From: Lepidodermella squamata
Lineage: Eukaryota; Animalia; Gastrotricha
DNA: 64,000 nt
Direction: 5' to 3'
Assembly (NCBI GenBank): GCA_047495785.1
Contig: JBLDXI010000001.1
Location: forward strand, 2,480,001-2,544,000
Shown: one piece after another, positions 26,812 to 40,200 of the stretch
How positions within the stretch are numbered: the first letter of the stretch is position 1
How the letters are laid out: each line of letters starts with the position of its first letter
The notes under the pieces: generated by a model
The model's input: the letters and a program-made list of their open reading frames with translations, nothing else
Databases searched by the model: none
What the model was told of the DNA's origin: nothing
Translations under genes and position numbers: made by a program

Positions 26812-28741
26812 ATGAGGAAATTGAAGATGCTCACTTCTTCGAATTTCTTCTTGACGACTAGTTTTTACGTTATCATCACCGCAGCTGCCGAAGATCTTAC
26901 TTCATCCTTCGGCAAAGGTTAGTCATAGTCACCTTATTTATTGCCATTTAGTGCTGAGATTTTATTTTTTAGTTTGCGAAAACGACAATTCCTGCCTTGG
27001 CCAAAATGAATTTTGCTTCATCCAAAATAGAGTGGTATGTCCTTACCTTTTAAAAAACGAAGATTAGTTTCACTCAAATTTAGGAAAAACCTTGCAGCTG
27101 GGGACATTGTAAATGCCGAGATGGCTTCGTCTTTACTGCTGGATCCTGCGTTCCAAGTAAAATCTTGAAAAATATCAGAAAATTATGAAAAAATTCCATT
27201 TTAGAATTATACATATTCAAGCTGAATGAAACCTGTGGCAAACAAATCGGCGAAGTGATTCAGGTCGAAAACGCCGGTTGTTACCAGTTTAAAGTGCGAT
27301 GTCGCCCCGGCTACCGGGCCTTCGCCAATCGATGCATGGTGCGCAACGACTGTAACCGATGGGACCCAACCTGCCCGAACGGCATGGTTTGCGATACAAA
27401 AACCGAACAATGCATATGCCAGGACGTGTTCAAAGTCATTGACGCCGAAACTCAACGATGCGTTCGTCGCGAGTTCGGTTCGGCTTGTTCGAACGACCGC
27501 CAGTGCCAGGTTGAGGGTGTCCAGTGGCAGGGTTACACATTCACGACCGGCACGTGCATCGACGGCCGTTGCGGTTGTTCTGAGAACACGGCCAATGTGC
27601 AATATTTTGACCCTGAGAGCAACGAACCGAAGCAGAAGACGATTTGTGTCAATGGCAAGGGTTCGGTTAATGTCACGAAAGGCTCGCTGTGCAAAATCGA
27701 CCCGGTCTACTGGTCGGACCGGGACGATGTTGCGGTTTGTGGGCCTGGGTTGACTTGTGTCCAGTGCCCGGAAGATCTGAAATCGAGCAATATCAGGCAT
27801 ATCAGTGCTGGAACTTGTAGTGAGTTCTAAATTTTCATTTTTGAAAAAAATTAAATTTTAGTTTTAGTTTTATAATTGAAAATTGAAAATTCAATTTTCA
27901 AAATTTTCAAAAATTAAATAAATTTCAATTTTGAACATTTTCAATAAATTCTTCAATTTTTCATTTTTACAACTGAAAATACCTAAATTACCTAACGGAA
28001 TTTCTTCCTTTTCAAAATCGAAATTGAAATTTCTTTTGATTTTTTTTCATTTTTAAGGAAAAATTGTGAGCGAGCCTCAAATTGCTGCTCCAACCGCAGC
28101 GCCTGTTGATTCTAAGACCGGAATTCGATCCGATTTTTGGACGGAGGACATCTCCTACACAACGACGCCAGAACCCGTCGATCTATCTGCAGGTGGCGTC
28201 ACTACTAATCAGCCGTTTTTCCCATGCGAAGTGCCGAAAATTACGAATGGGAAAGTTTTCTCATGGCGAGGCGATGAGGTGACTGGCCTACTGGTACCTG
28301 GCGTCGAAATTTTCGTCATTTGTGACACTGGTTACGTCGTTAAAACGGGGTCAACTTCAGGTCAATGTCTTATCAATGGCAACTTTTCGCAACCTATCGG
28401 CAACTGCCAACCTCGACTCACTCGTAAGAATATTAGGAAAATAAAAGAAATTAATTAATTTAATATCTTTTTTTCAGAATATATAAATGTGAGTTTTCAC
28501 ATTTTTCGTATGAAATTTTGAATCTTTCTTATAGTGTCCGTTGCCGTCGCCTGAATTTGGCCGCATCCTTGTTGACGCCGAGCGAGTGATAGGCCGGACG
28601 GTTGTTTACCCTGGCACCGTAATTAGGGTGTGGTGTCCGCCTGGATACGAAATCGCCGGTGGGCCGTCTGAAACAACGTGTCAAGACACCGGCTTCTGGT
28701 CGATCGAGCCTGGCCGCTGCGCCCCGATATTTCATGGCTGA
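26812..28741 (+). CDS. Secreted Cys-rich EB-module-like protein with two C-terminal sushi/CCP domains (paralog 1)
   Basis: Signal exon from ATG 26812; module C..DNSCLGQNEFC; RREFGSAC..D.QC..KTICV..C.IDPVY; sushi motifs C..P....G..C..GY....C..NG.(F/W)...G.C. Confidence 0.8.
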
Positions 28742-29241
28742 TAAACATTTATATTCATGAAATCAAATTTTATTATTTATTTTAAAACGTTACGAATAAC
28801 AATAAACAATTTTATAGCGAACAATTTTAATTTTAAGGTGGGCTTTTTTGAACTGAGTAATTCAGATTGTTTTATTGAATACACGTTTATTCGAGACTAA
28901 TTTAAGTGAAGAACTCGCACATCAACGTGACAAAGCGTTATTAAATTATTTGATTGACCTACATTTATTTTATTACGCAGCGCGGTCGCATCACTGCAAA
29001 AAATTGACAACGAGGGCGATATTGTTTGCCAAGTGGCTACTATGAATATGACGACGGCATGACTCCACCTGCTGCCGGCCAAAAGTCGACACTTTTTGTC
29101 CGGCACGGACTTACCTTTCAGCACGACTGATCATTCTAAACAACGGCTGTGTAGTTTAGCATCTGAAGTGCATCGCTCTTAATTGCACCTAGTTAGTGAA
29201 CCGGTTTCGTCGCGATTTTTTACTCATTTTTTTCGGCGAAA

Positions 29242-32200
29242 ATGGCTGCGGGGAGTTCACCGATTTTCGCGTTTTTAAGCGTATCAGCGCTACCGTATCT
29301 CGCGCTGGCATTCAACACTGTCGGAAAAAGTAATTGAATTTTCATAATTTAAATGTTAATTTTTTCAATTTTTTCAAAGCTTGCTCTATCGACATAACCT
29401 GCCAGGGTCAAAATGAATATTGCGGCAATATTAGCTGGATGGTAAGAACAGTCAATTGCTTAATAGCCGTCTTCATTTATTAATTATGTTATTATCACAG
29501 CGACCAGTTGGTGTTTGCGACTGCCTACCCCACCATACATCGGGCAATAAATTGATCGAAGGCGGTGCGAAAACGTCCAGTACCGGCCCGCCATCGCCTA
29601 AAACAAACTACCCATGCGTGCCGATTATATTCATGGAACTCGGCGCCGCTTGCGAGGGTGTTTACAGCGAAAAAATCACAGTGTTAAACGCGCATTGCCA
29701 CTTGGACTCCGGCAGGGTCAGGTGCCTGCCCGGTTTCCAGCAGGTCGATAGTCGGCGATGCGTGCAGAATTACCAGCAGGTCCACGAAAGGCGGTACCTG
29801 GGCGAGGGTGCGTCGTGCTCGAAGAATGGCGACTGCGCCGGGGCGATGATCTGTGACGCAATCACCGCAATCTGTCGATGTAGGTTCGGTTTCGAGAAGT
29901 ACAACCCGGCGACCGGGGCTTGCGGCAAGAAAGAACCGGGCGATGCGTGCCGGGAGGACTACGACTGCTTATTCATTTGGTCGGGGCATTCTTTCCGGCC
30001 AGCTTCTTGCATCAATGGGCGATGCTCGTGCCAGGTTAAACTTCGGCCGAAATACGCGACATCAACCAGTCAGAAGAATTTAACAGAAAGCGTCCCGGAT
30101 ACTGTTAGTACCACGCTGGAACCAACTACTGTAACCACCACAGTCGCAACCACTACAGCTATTAGCTCCACCTTAAAATCAACTACTACTACTACGACCC
30201 CTAGGGTGACCACAACATACCCGGCTACGACCTTAAGGCCCAGTACCACTATGGTGCCGGTTAGTACCACACCGGTGCCTACCACTACAGTTGCAGCTTC
30301 AACAACATTTAGTACTACTACCGCTGCTACTACTACGGTTCCAACTTCGACCCCTTTGAGTACTATTACAGCAGCTAGTACCACTCGGTCTTCCCCAACT
30401 TCCACGGCGCGAGTGAGCTCGACGACGTTAGTTAGTACCACAGTGGTACCGAGCACATCGCGAGTACCCAGCTCCACAGTGACTACGACTACCACAGCGG
30501 TTCCGAGCACGTATAGCTCAACAGTGGCTGCGAGTACCACTAGAGCACCTAGTACTACTGTTGCTCCGAGTACCACTAGAATAATCAGTACCACATTGGC
30601 TCCAACTACTACGCGGACCTCCAGTACCACATTGGCTCCAACGACCACCCGGACTACCAGTACCACTACTGTGGCTCCAACTACTGTTACTTCACCGACA
30701 ACGACTAGGGTAGTAACAACTACCGCACGCAATACAGTCACAAGTCCGATAACGACCACCACACGCCCAACTACAACGGCCCGGCCTAGTACCGCTTCAA
30801 CAACAACAACAACAGCCGCAATTACTACCACTACTACTGCTGCTACTACTACAACCCGGCCAACTTCAACAGCGACTTCGACAACGACTCAAAGAATCAG
30901 TACTACCCTCGCGCCAACTACGGTTAGAATTACAACGTCGACAACAGTTGCTACGAGCACGAGCCCGCGGCCTACCACAGCCAGGGTGACCACAATCCGG
31001 CCGACTACAGCAGCAGTAGCACAGGTGGATAGGGCTTCGTGCGGAGATTTTAACGAGTTGACTTGCGGTCCTAATGAGGAGTGTCGTGCGTCACTTTGCG
31101 GACTTCGGCGGTGCCAATGCAGGGCGAAATTCAAGCGAGACGCCGCTGGAAACTGCGCACCAGGTAACACATCGAAACCTTCTTGAGTAGAAAAATAACC
31201 GGAAAATTGTTATTTCCAAGTTGTACAATTGGAGCTGGGGCAATCCTGTAATTCAACGGCTGAGAACGAAATATTACCACCCCATACTACCTGCAGGGAT
31301 TCAGTGGTTACGTGTAATGCGTTTCATAGGGTAAGTCTTAATGTAATTTTCACAATCAACTCTCTTCGATTTGAGCTTTCAAAGTTCCAAAGATAATCCT
31401 AATTCGAAAGTTCTGAACCCTTTGAACCTCTGTTTGAAACACTCAGTTCGTTTATGAAGCTGGATCATTTCTTAAGTTGGATGTTATTTTTAATTTTTGA
31501 AGTTTCGGACATCTCTCATTTCCGCCTTTTCTGCATATTTTTGCAAAATTTTACAACCGGGTAAAATACCGAAAATTACCAATTACCAATGTTTTATTAA
31601 TAAGGTCCTTTAGTCAGATCGTGCCGGGTAAGAATTTCTTGTTTGGATAACTATTCTAGGCGTACCCATTGCAAGGGCCCAAGTTGGGTGCTCAGCTCGC
31701 AACTGAGTGTAGTCCGGTCTACTATAATCGAGTCGCACAAGGCGAATCCATCTCGCAACGTTATTCTGCTGACCAGTCGGAACATTCATCGTCGCCGCAG
31801 GCGTCACAACCACGCCGTAGTAATCGACAAAGCCCAGGTAATAGCGCCCGTAATCGCTCACAAGCGTGATTCCGAGAGTTGAAAAGACATGAGCTCTTTC
31901 AGGCGTGAAATGGAACATATTCTCCGGTAGCAACATCAGGGCCCATCGAACCCCGCCGAATTCAACTGGATCTAAAATCGCGCACCAGGTGGGTCGAACA
32001 TTGCCGCCACTCAGCATCCAATGGGTGTTTAAAAGCTCCTGGTGGGTGTATGCCAACTTGTTCTTCAGCCGAGCTGTGATACGATTAGCTTTTTTAACGA
32101 GTTTTCTATTCAATTCTGGCCTCAGGCCTTCGTCGATTTCTTGGAGTGGTGGCAGCAGATGGACATGCGGTCGGTTGAACGGCCAACCGTAAATGTCGAG

Positions 32201-35200
32201 AATTGAAGACCGATTCGAGAACATTTCCGCTAGGGTTAGATCGTTGAACCTCGTGAATTGCACAACTGCATCCGGGTTTTCATGTTCACCCGGCAGAATG
32301 TTATGCCGGCAGGTGTTGCTCAAGGTTTGCCTCAGTGCTCTTTGAACCACCTCGCCGTATCTTGCCAGGTCGAACACGGGCATTGTAGAGCTGGTTATAG
32401 TTTGACCGGTCTGAAGAGGAGTGACAGCGATTTGAAAGTTGCTGAGCGTTTCGATTCTCGCGAACACCTGTCCGTTACGCAGGCCGGACAGAAAAGAACG
32501 TTCCGAAGCTAACTGACCAAGGCAAGCCGGGTCTTGTGTTGCTGGCTCGCCGAGGTAGGACATTACAACGCGAACGAATTCAAGCAGGCTACTCTCAGTT
32601 GGGAACTTTACGGCGACATTAGCCAGCTGGCGGTGTTCTCCAAGGACCCTGGCTATCAGGAGATCATTCTCTCGACCTCGTGAAATGTCTTGAAAGTAGG
32701 AGTCTCTTGTCAGATTGTATCGCTTATCACCGCGCTGTCTTTGTAGAACAATGTAGCTGTGGTACTGTCCGTTTTTTATTTCGACATTGTAACTAAGTTC
32801 GATGGGCTCATCCAGGCGGCGGCTCTTGCGCACCCAAGCGGTTACCAACACCTGTAATGGGAATTTTGCGATTTTTGCCACTCGCAGCGCTAAGTAAGAC
32901 TTACCCGACGGCCCATTTGGCGTACAGTTTCCATTTCCATTGTGTTTGTTTTTGTTTAATTTTTGGCCTGAGGAAACACATTTTCAATTAGTTTTTCATT
33001 AAGATGGATTTTTTCGTAATTATGTCTTAAAGTGCTCAAACATATTGGATCTGTGTCACCAGTGGAAAACTCAGTTGCCGCATCCAACGGCTTTTTCCTG
33101 GATTCATGGACTTCGGAACCTTCAACTCATGAATGTATGGAACCGCAAGTTAAATTGACCGTAAACAAGTGAAACGCGGGGTTTGGTATATTTTCTGTAT
33201 TTTCCTGCAAATAGCAAAAAGTGTGTTGATTTGAAGAGAGACGATTCTTGGATTCCTAGAAGATCTTACTCAGTTTTTAATTCTTAAGTCTGGGAGGCTC
33301 CCAATCTACCTAACAACTCAAACGGGACACCCAAAAAAGTCGCCGGAAAGGCTTATCGATTTAGGTTGACGCAGAAGTGCTAGCTTGATTGCATCATCAA
33401 GCAAGAAATTTTTGAATTATCCAGGTAGCAAGATTCCTCACCTCAGATTACCCAAAAAACTCGACTGCGCGTGAGAAAATATCATCCGAATTTATTGCGC
33501 GGGTTGGTGTAATAAAAAACTAAATTAACCGCGCATTTTTCGAAATTATAGCCATTTTTACCAGTAAACTTTGCCCACTTTCTCAGCCACCTCTTGATGA
33601 CTATCAACCTCTTTTTTGATGTCGTTCGCCTCCTCGTTCATCGATCTTGAAAGCGGCATCAAAATCTCACGACGTTAAAAATACCCCACTTTTCACTTTT
33701 TAACGGTCAATCGCCCGAAAAAATTTCGCTCTTATTTTTATACGCCAGTCAGTTCGTATTTATTATTTGTTCACTTCCAATGCAAGAGCCCATCTCGTCT
33801 CCCCAGCCGACATCTGCTCCAGATCCACAGTCACCAGTCGAAGCCAACGCGCGTTGTTCTGATCTCGTTTAAAAGTTGGCAACGCCATGATAGCCATTCC
33901 AAAGTACTCGATAGCCCCGGCGAAATTCCCATCCCGTTTCTGCTTAATGGTAATGCCGATTGTGTTGAGAATGCGCACGTCGCTTTGCTGGAAAACAGTC
34001 TCCGGCAGAAAAATCATAGCCCATTCGAGAGGAATTTGCGCGTCGTGCGATTGGAAAATCGCGCACCAGAACAGCTTGACCCTCCCGCCGCTTAAGTATT
34101 CTTCCGAAACTTGCCGTTGAAATTCCGTAAGCCTAGTCAAGTTCTCATCAACCACTCGGCCAGCTGCTGCACAAAGACCGGCGTTATGCCGAGGATCAGT
34201 CGCGGCATTAAGCAGCCTACCCGAAGGTAGCGCGTGAATATGCGGCCTATTGAACGGCCATTGAAACATAGCAGTCATCGGAGCTCGTTCAGCGAACGAT
34301 TGAGCGATGCTCAAAGCGTTGAAGTACGAGAACAGACGCACAGTTTCCGCATCTTCATGCTCGCCAGGTGACACGCCATGCTCGCAGTGGTTCGCCGGGC
34401 CAAAGTTTTGCATCAAAGCTCCATGGATCAACCAGCGGTAGCTTGCCATGTCAAATTCCGGCCTTCGCAAAGGCCTCGCATAATTTTGACCTTCTTGCAT
34501 GTATTCGCCTCTGATTTCGATGTCGTCTCGCCCGACTCGCCTGTACGGCATGCCCTCCATGCCTTCCCTGTACGCCAAGTAGAGCCGTTCGTCAGCTAGA
34601 TGTTGAAGGCAGTTGCGGCTGGCATTCGGCTCGCCTATGTACATCATCACCACTCGGACAAATTCGGACAGGTCTTTATGAGATTTGAAATTCACAACAA
34701 TGTCTCGCAGCTCTGTTTCCGGCCAATGTATTCGTGCTAGCAGCAATTCACGCTTGTTTGGGTCCCTTGCCATCTCTATCCGCATAAAGGAATGCTGGGT
34801 CAGGTTGTTGAATTTTTCATCGCGGCGTCCAAAAGTGAAGAAACGCCGATATTCGCCGTCTTCCAATTCTACATTGTAGCTAAGTGGCGATTTATCGTTC
34901 GGTCCTCGCCTGTTGACTTCTGCCGATACCAATTTCTGTAAAATATAGAGCAATTATCATAAGAATGGTTAAGAATGCAGATTGTTAAACTTACTTGTGG
35001 TTTGAAGCTTTGAAGAGCGTCTGGCAATGGAACTCGATGAGTCATCGCGAGATTGCGAGCAAAGTTTTTGTAAAATGCGCAAATAGTTAATGAATTGCGA
35101 AGTTTGTGTTTTGGTTTTTTCAACGTGCAATTTTAAGGTAGATGTTTTAATTATTAAAATATTATCATCGTTGTGGAACATGTTCCAGCAGTAAAGCTAG

Positions 35201-36675
35201 AAATGTAGCTAGTTGATCATACAACCCCATGAAAACCCGACGGTAACTGGTTCGGAAATAATCGGTATTTTTACCCGGATGTGCCTAATTACCCCGTGCG
35301 TTTCATTCCTGTTGGTATTTCAGCAAAATTGATGCTAATAAAAAAATCTGTACTATTTCACGACAGGAAACCCGAAAAAACCCGTTCGGAATTGTTTGTT
35401 CATTTTCAGCACAGCGTGTCCCAAAAGTAGCGCAAGCAAAGGAAATACAAGGAAAAGGGTTCAGAAAATCTGCAATGAGAGACTCATGGTTAGAAAATGT
35501 TTAGAAAAGCCAAATAATCACGAGAATAGTAATCAATTATGTCTCTTGTTAACGGATTAAAAAAGCCCGGAGAAATTTGGTCCAACCGGGTAAAATACCG
35601 AAAATTACCGAACCAGTTACCATCGGGGTTTTCCGGGGTTTCTGCGGTAAATTTTTCGTTTCTTTGGTTTACTCGCGGATAAAAGATGGAATATTCTCTC
35701 CAATGGGTTTGATTATTATTTTTTAAATTAAGTAGTTGAATTTCCTACAAAAAGTTTTCAAATTAAAAAACAGCTGCGAGACTTCTAGGGCACGCTGTTA
35801 TTTACCTACTGTAACAGGATTTCTTTGAATTTTCTTTTTCTCTCTATCCAATTCAGTATCTTTAAGCATTTTTATATTATTCAAAACACACTCGGGCCAT
35901 AATATTATCGGAAATTGCCCGATTTTTTTTTGTTACTTTCTGGCCCTTTTCTTCGGTTCCATTACTTTGGCACCCTGTTAATCGACAATTAAATTGAAGC
36001 TAATTTTGGACATGATCGTGTGAAAAACTGCTATTTAAGCTAAAACAGTTGGAAATTTATTTGTTTTCTTAGGAAATCGCGGGTTCGTGTGTTCGATTGA
36101 AGCAGGGTGGCTATATGTCGAAATGCAGCGCTTCAATGAGATGTTTATCATCTAACGAAACCGAAGCCGAAAATAAACGCCTATGGTGCGACTCTGAGAC
36201 GAAAACATGCCGATGCTACGGCTATTTGACTTCGAAATGGAACGAAGAAACCGACAGCTGTGAACGCCGCGAATTTGGCGATTCTTGCTCAACAAACGAC
36301 GACTGCGGATCTTTCGGGTCGCTATCAAACGGCGGATACACATATGGCGGCGGTTTTTGCTACCGAAAATCAAAAGATGAAGAAGGGAAATGCGGTTGCG
36401 CGCCTGATTTCGAGGCAACCCGATTCAGCTATGCCGAGAAAAATACCGGCGAAATCAGAACGAAAACGATTTGCGTTCATAATTCGACGATTTTGAACGT
36501 CCAGCCAGGTGAACGCTGCACCCTTGACCCAATTTTCCACGGCGACAGTCGATTAGGCTGGACTCGGGTGTGTAAAAGCGATTCGATATGCCTGAGGTGT
36601 GGTAATGAAATCGGCTTAGAATTTATTCGAAAACGCGAAGGCTTTTGTGTTGAGATCTCGTCTATAACAGGATGA
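29242..36675 (+). CDS. Secreted Cys-rich EB-module-like protein with a Thr-rich mucin stalk (paralog 2)
   Basis: Signal MAAGSSPIFAFLSVSALPYLALA; conserved intron positions; ~300-aa PTS region 30070-31020; phase-0 intron 31331-36072 joins to last exon 36073-36675. Confidence 0.82.
31610..32940 (-). CDS. Unknown ~425-aa protein, nested antisense gene 1
   Basis: Exon 1 32940-32905 (MEMETVRQMGRR|GTAAGT), exon 2 32851-31610; AATAAA just downstream (31593-31598); paralog of 33763-35045. Confidence 0.85.
33763..35045 (-). CDS. Unknown ~407-aa protein, nested antisense gene 2
   Basis: Exon 1 35045-34995 (MTHRVPLPDALQSFKPQ|GTAAGT), exon 2 34935-33763; AATAAA overlaps the stop; same phase-0 intron position as gene 1. 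Confidence 0.85.
35410..35700 (+). repeat. Dispersed repeat family A (Tc1/mariner-like start ACAG(C/A)GTGTCCC)
   Basis: Shared core AAAGGGTTCAGAAA..ATGAGAGAC..CCAACCGGGTAAAATACCGAAAATTACCGAACCAGTTA; other copies at 38175-38677(-), 49843-50068(+); partial copies at 31554-31580(+) and 35232-35278(-). Confidence 0.8.
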
Positions 36676-37210
36676 AAATAATTTGCTTCAATTATATAAT
36701 ATAATTTTTTCTGGCCCCGATCTTGGAAAAATAAAAATGTTGTTATTATTTATGTTTATGCGAGTGCGAATCGGTGTGGTGGCGCGTTGATCGATTGTTG
36801 ACGTCGTTTTTGTAGCCACCTTAAAATATTGTATTAAGACGCGGAGAAAATATATATATAGCGGCGTGTGATATTAGCTTAAACCGAACGCGCTACGCGA
36901 CACTTTCTTTTTGCGCGCGCGCGAGACGGTGTTGAACATCAATAACAACACAAAGCAAGCGTAATGACTTGGCACGCGCGCGCTTTTTCTATTACCGTTT
37001 ATTAATGACAATCGAATGCGAGAGCGAGCGCGCGCGCTTTTTTCCGATGACAAACATCACCGAGCCGAGAGCGAAAATTGACGATGGCAATGATGATGAC
37101 GTTGATGATGAAACGTGTGTTTTTCTTTCTTCCTCCGCTGATGGCGTCAACAAAATTTTAGATTTCTTATTCTTTACTCGTTATAATATGCTGTGATAGC
37201 CCTGTGTACA

Positions 37211-40200
37211 ATGCTCACGTCTGCAATTCAACTCTGCAATCTGTGTTATCTGTTACTCATACTGTTCCACGCGGCAAGTGCGGCTAATACCGTTGGAACT
37301 GGTTTGTTTTACGTTTTCTTGTTTAAACAAATAATGTTCTGAATTGTTACCTTTCTGTTAGCTTGTACTTCAAATTCAACCTGCACTGGACGCAACGAGT
37401 TTTGCCAGGAACTTACTTGGCTGGTAAGGATTGCTTTGACCTAGTTCCATTTCCGAGTCATTTTTTATTTTTATTAGGAACCAAAATGTAGCTCGGGGAT
37501 GTGCCAGTGTCTGCCTTGTTACACGACCGGCGACTTTACAGGCTATTCATGGACTGATAATCCTTGTGCACCAGGTATGCATTTTCCAACCTCAATTCAA
37601 TCATTTTTTACAAATTGGGTACATTACCTACTAATCACACTTAAAAATAATGGAGCAGATGAAAAGTTTTATCGTTTAACCTCAATCCTCAATTTTGATA
37701 TTTTGCATTCGTATTTTTCGGAAAATATTTCAGACAGAAATCGAACAGTAAATCATCATCGACCCCACCAAAATGTTCGATCCCCTGATTTTATTGCAGA
37801 TTCGAATTCAGCGCATCGATTTAGGGTACCATATCTTGCCGTTTTTAAACTAAAATTTCAATGTCAGTTGGGCAAAACGTAAATTGACAAATTGTTGACC
37901 TGGTTTCGGGGACAATTTGTTTTTCGAAAATTATGAACCTTTCGAACTCTGCTGGCGATCACTCTAATTGGGTTGGGCTTTTAGCTTGTAAAATCCCCTC
38001 AATTTGGGCCCTATGAGTAACCTAATTCACCGATTTTCAAAGTTCCTCTGAATTCATGCCGGGAAAACGTAATAAAAAACCCACCCTATATAACTCATCA
38101 TCTGAATTCATGCTTTCGGTCGTAGGTGCGTGTTGTAGGAAATTCAACTAATTTTTTAAAATTTCACCTACCGATAGAACATTCCATCTTTTATCCGCGA
38201 TTAAACCAAAGAAATAACAAAATTTCGGGAGAAAACCCGGAAATCCCCGATGGTAACTGGTTCGGTAATTTTCGGTTTTTTACCTGGTTGGCACAAATTT
38301 CTCCGGACTTTTTCGATCCCATTAACAAGAGACTTAATTAATTTCTATTCTCGTAAAAAAAAGTCTTTCTGGCCATGAGGTGTGACTTGGTCTCTCATTT
38401 CAAAGTTTCTGAACCCTTTTCTCTTTATTTTCTTCAGGGTGGCCAAAAAGAGCCACAGGGGGCGAAGTTGATTGATTGGAACGCGCATTAGCTTAGTGAG
38501 GAGCTTTAAGAAGTTGAAGCATTTCAAGCATTCTTTGCCCAATTTCTTCAACTCTTCTCTTCAATTTCATAAAACTCCTCATTTAATTGATGCGTACTCC
38601 AATCAATGAACTTCGCCCCCTACGGCACTTTTTGGCCACCCTGCGTATGCTTGCGTTAATCATGGGACACTCTGTATAAGAGTTTCGCTGATTCAAGTTC
38701 AATTGTTTGATTTTGCTTAATTTCACATTTAAATTTTTCAAAAATATTTGTCGCAATTAAAAAATTATGATAATTTATCCGATTTGATGCATTATGCTTA
38801 ATTTGTGAATATAGTTATTCAATTAAATATCGGCGATGCATGCGAGGGTGTCTACAACGAGCAGTACCTTGTCCGCGGTTCCGGCTGCGTTGACGGCATC
38901 GTCGCGTGCGAACTCCGCGACCACATCGTCGTCGGCTCGGCATGCATGCGCCGCGGCCGCAATCTAGGCGAGGGCGCGCCCTGCAAAACAACGGCTGACT
39001 GCGCCGGCAATATGTGGTGCGGCGTCGGCTACACCTGCGAATGCTACTACGGCTACGAGCGATACGACCCAATTTTCAATAGATGCGTGAAAAAGGACAT
39101 TGGCAGTCCTTGCATTTCTGACGATGATTGCAAGGTATAACAAATTTTCCATTAATTTTTCAGAAATTTTTTGAATTTTTTCTCAAGGTGTCTGCAAGGA
39201 ATTGGGACGGTTTTACGTGGAGTTCGGCGGAATGTGTTAAAAATCAATGCGAGTGTGGGGCTAATAATGTTAAAACGGAGGCGACCTATATCGACGGGCT
39301 GACCGGGTTGTCCCAAACTAGGTCAATTTGCGTGGCCGGTGGGGCGATGGTCAACGCATCCTTGGAGCAAAGTTGCCAAATCGATCCGGTCTACTACGGC
39401 GATAGCGATGAAGTGACCGTGTGCTCGAGTGATTTCGTCTGTGCCGCTTGCCCAACCGATGAATTTTCGAGCTTGGGAAAATGTCGCAGGGTGGTGGGGC
39501 AAATGCCGGTCAGCCATAACTGCCCTAAATTAATTGCGAATAAAGCGGCTCAAACTTCGAAAATTCCAACCACAAACATCGAAACAACAACGCCATCGGC
39601 TACCCAAGCTCCGACTACAACTGGAAATCCTCCAGGTAACTTGAATTAATTGTAAATTCATAAAAAAAAATCAAATAATTGAAAAAATAATGAATTTAAA
39701 TTATATTTGGTATCTACATCGATTCCAAGTATCGATTTAAAAAATCAGTGATTTTCCGATATTAGAATAAGCCAGCTTTATTTTCCTTGAGCCAATGGTA
39801 CCAGCTAGCTAAATAAAAAATGAAAATTAGAGAGTCATTATCGCGGGCATCATTATCGCGATAGAGAAAATAAAAGGTTGAAATAATAAAGAATCGGAAA
39901 AATTGGGTTAGGATGCGAAAATTTAGTGCTGGAAACTGTTTGACCCATTTCTATTATTTAATGATTTATCATAACTAATTAGTACCAATTAATTACTTAT
40001 ACCTAATTAATATTTTATTAGAGGCTCAAAGCGTCGAAATTAACCTGGAGACCGTCCCTCCGCTCTACGTTTACTCGGTCAAAAACAAAATCGAACCCAA
40101 TCTGTCGGTTTCTCGAAATGTGGCTCGAAAATCGATACTCAAAATCGACCATCAGCAACCGATTTTCGCCATAAGCTCAGTCGGTCGAGCTTGCCAATCG

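Noticed and set aside
27207-27800. 197-aa minus-strand ORF and similar short antisense ORFs over exons
   Set aside because: They overlap well-supported plus-strand exons and show no motifs.
30070-30831. 253-aa Val-rich minus-strand ORF
   Set aside because: Antisense shadow of the ACN (Thr) codons of the mucin region.
31610-35045. Nested ORFs as transposase, RT, recombinase or viral capsid
   Set aside because: No DDE, YxDD, HUH-helicase or tyrosine-recombinase motif recognised; left as unknown.
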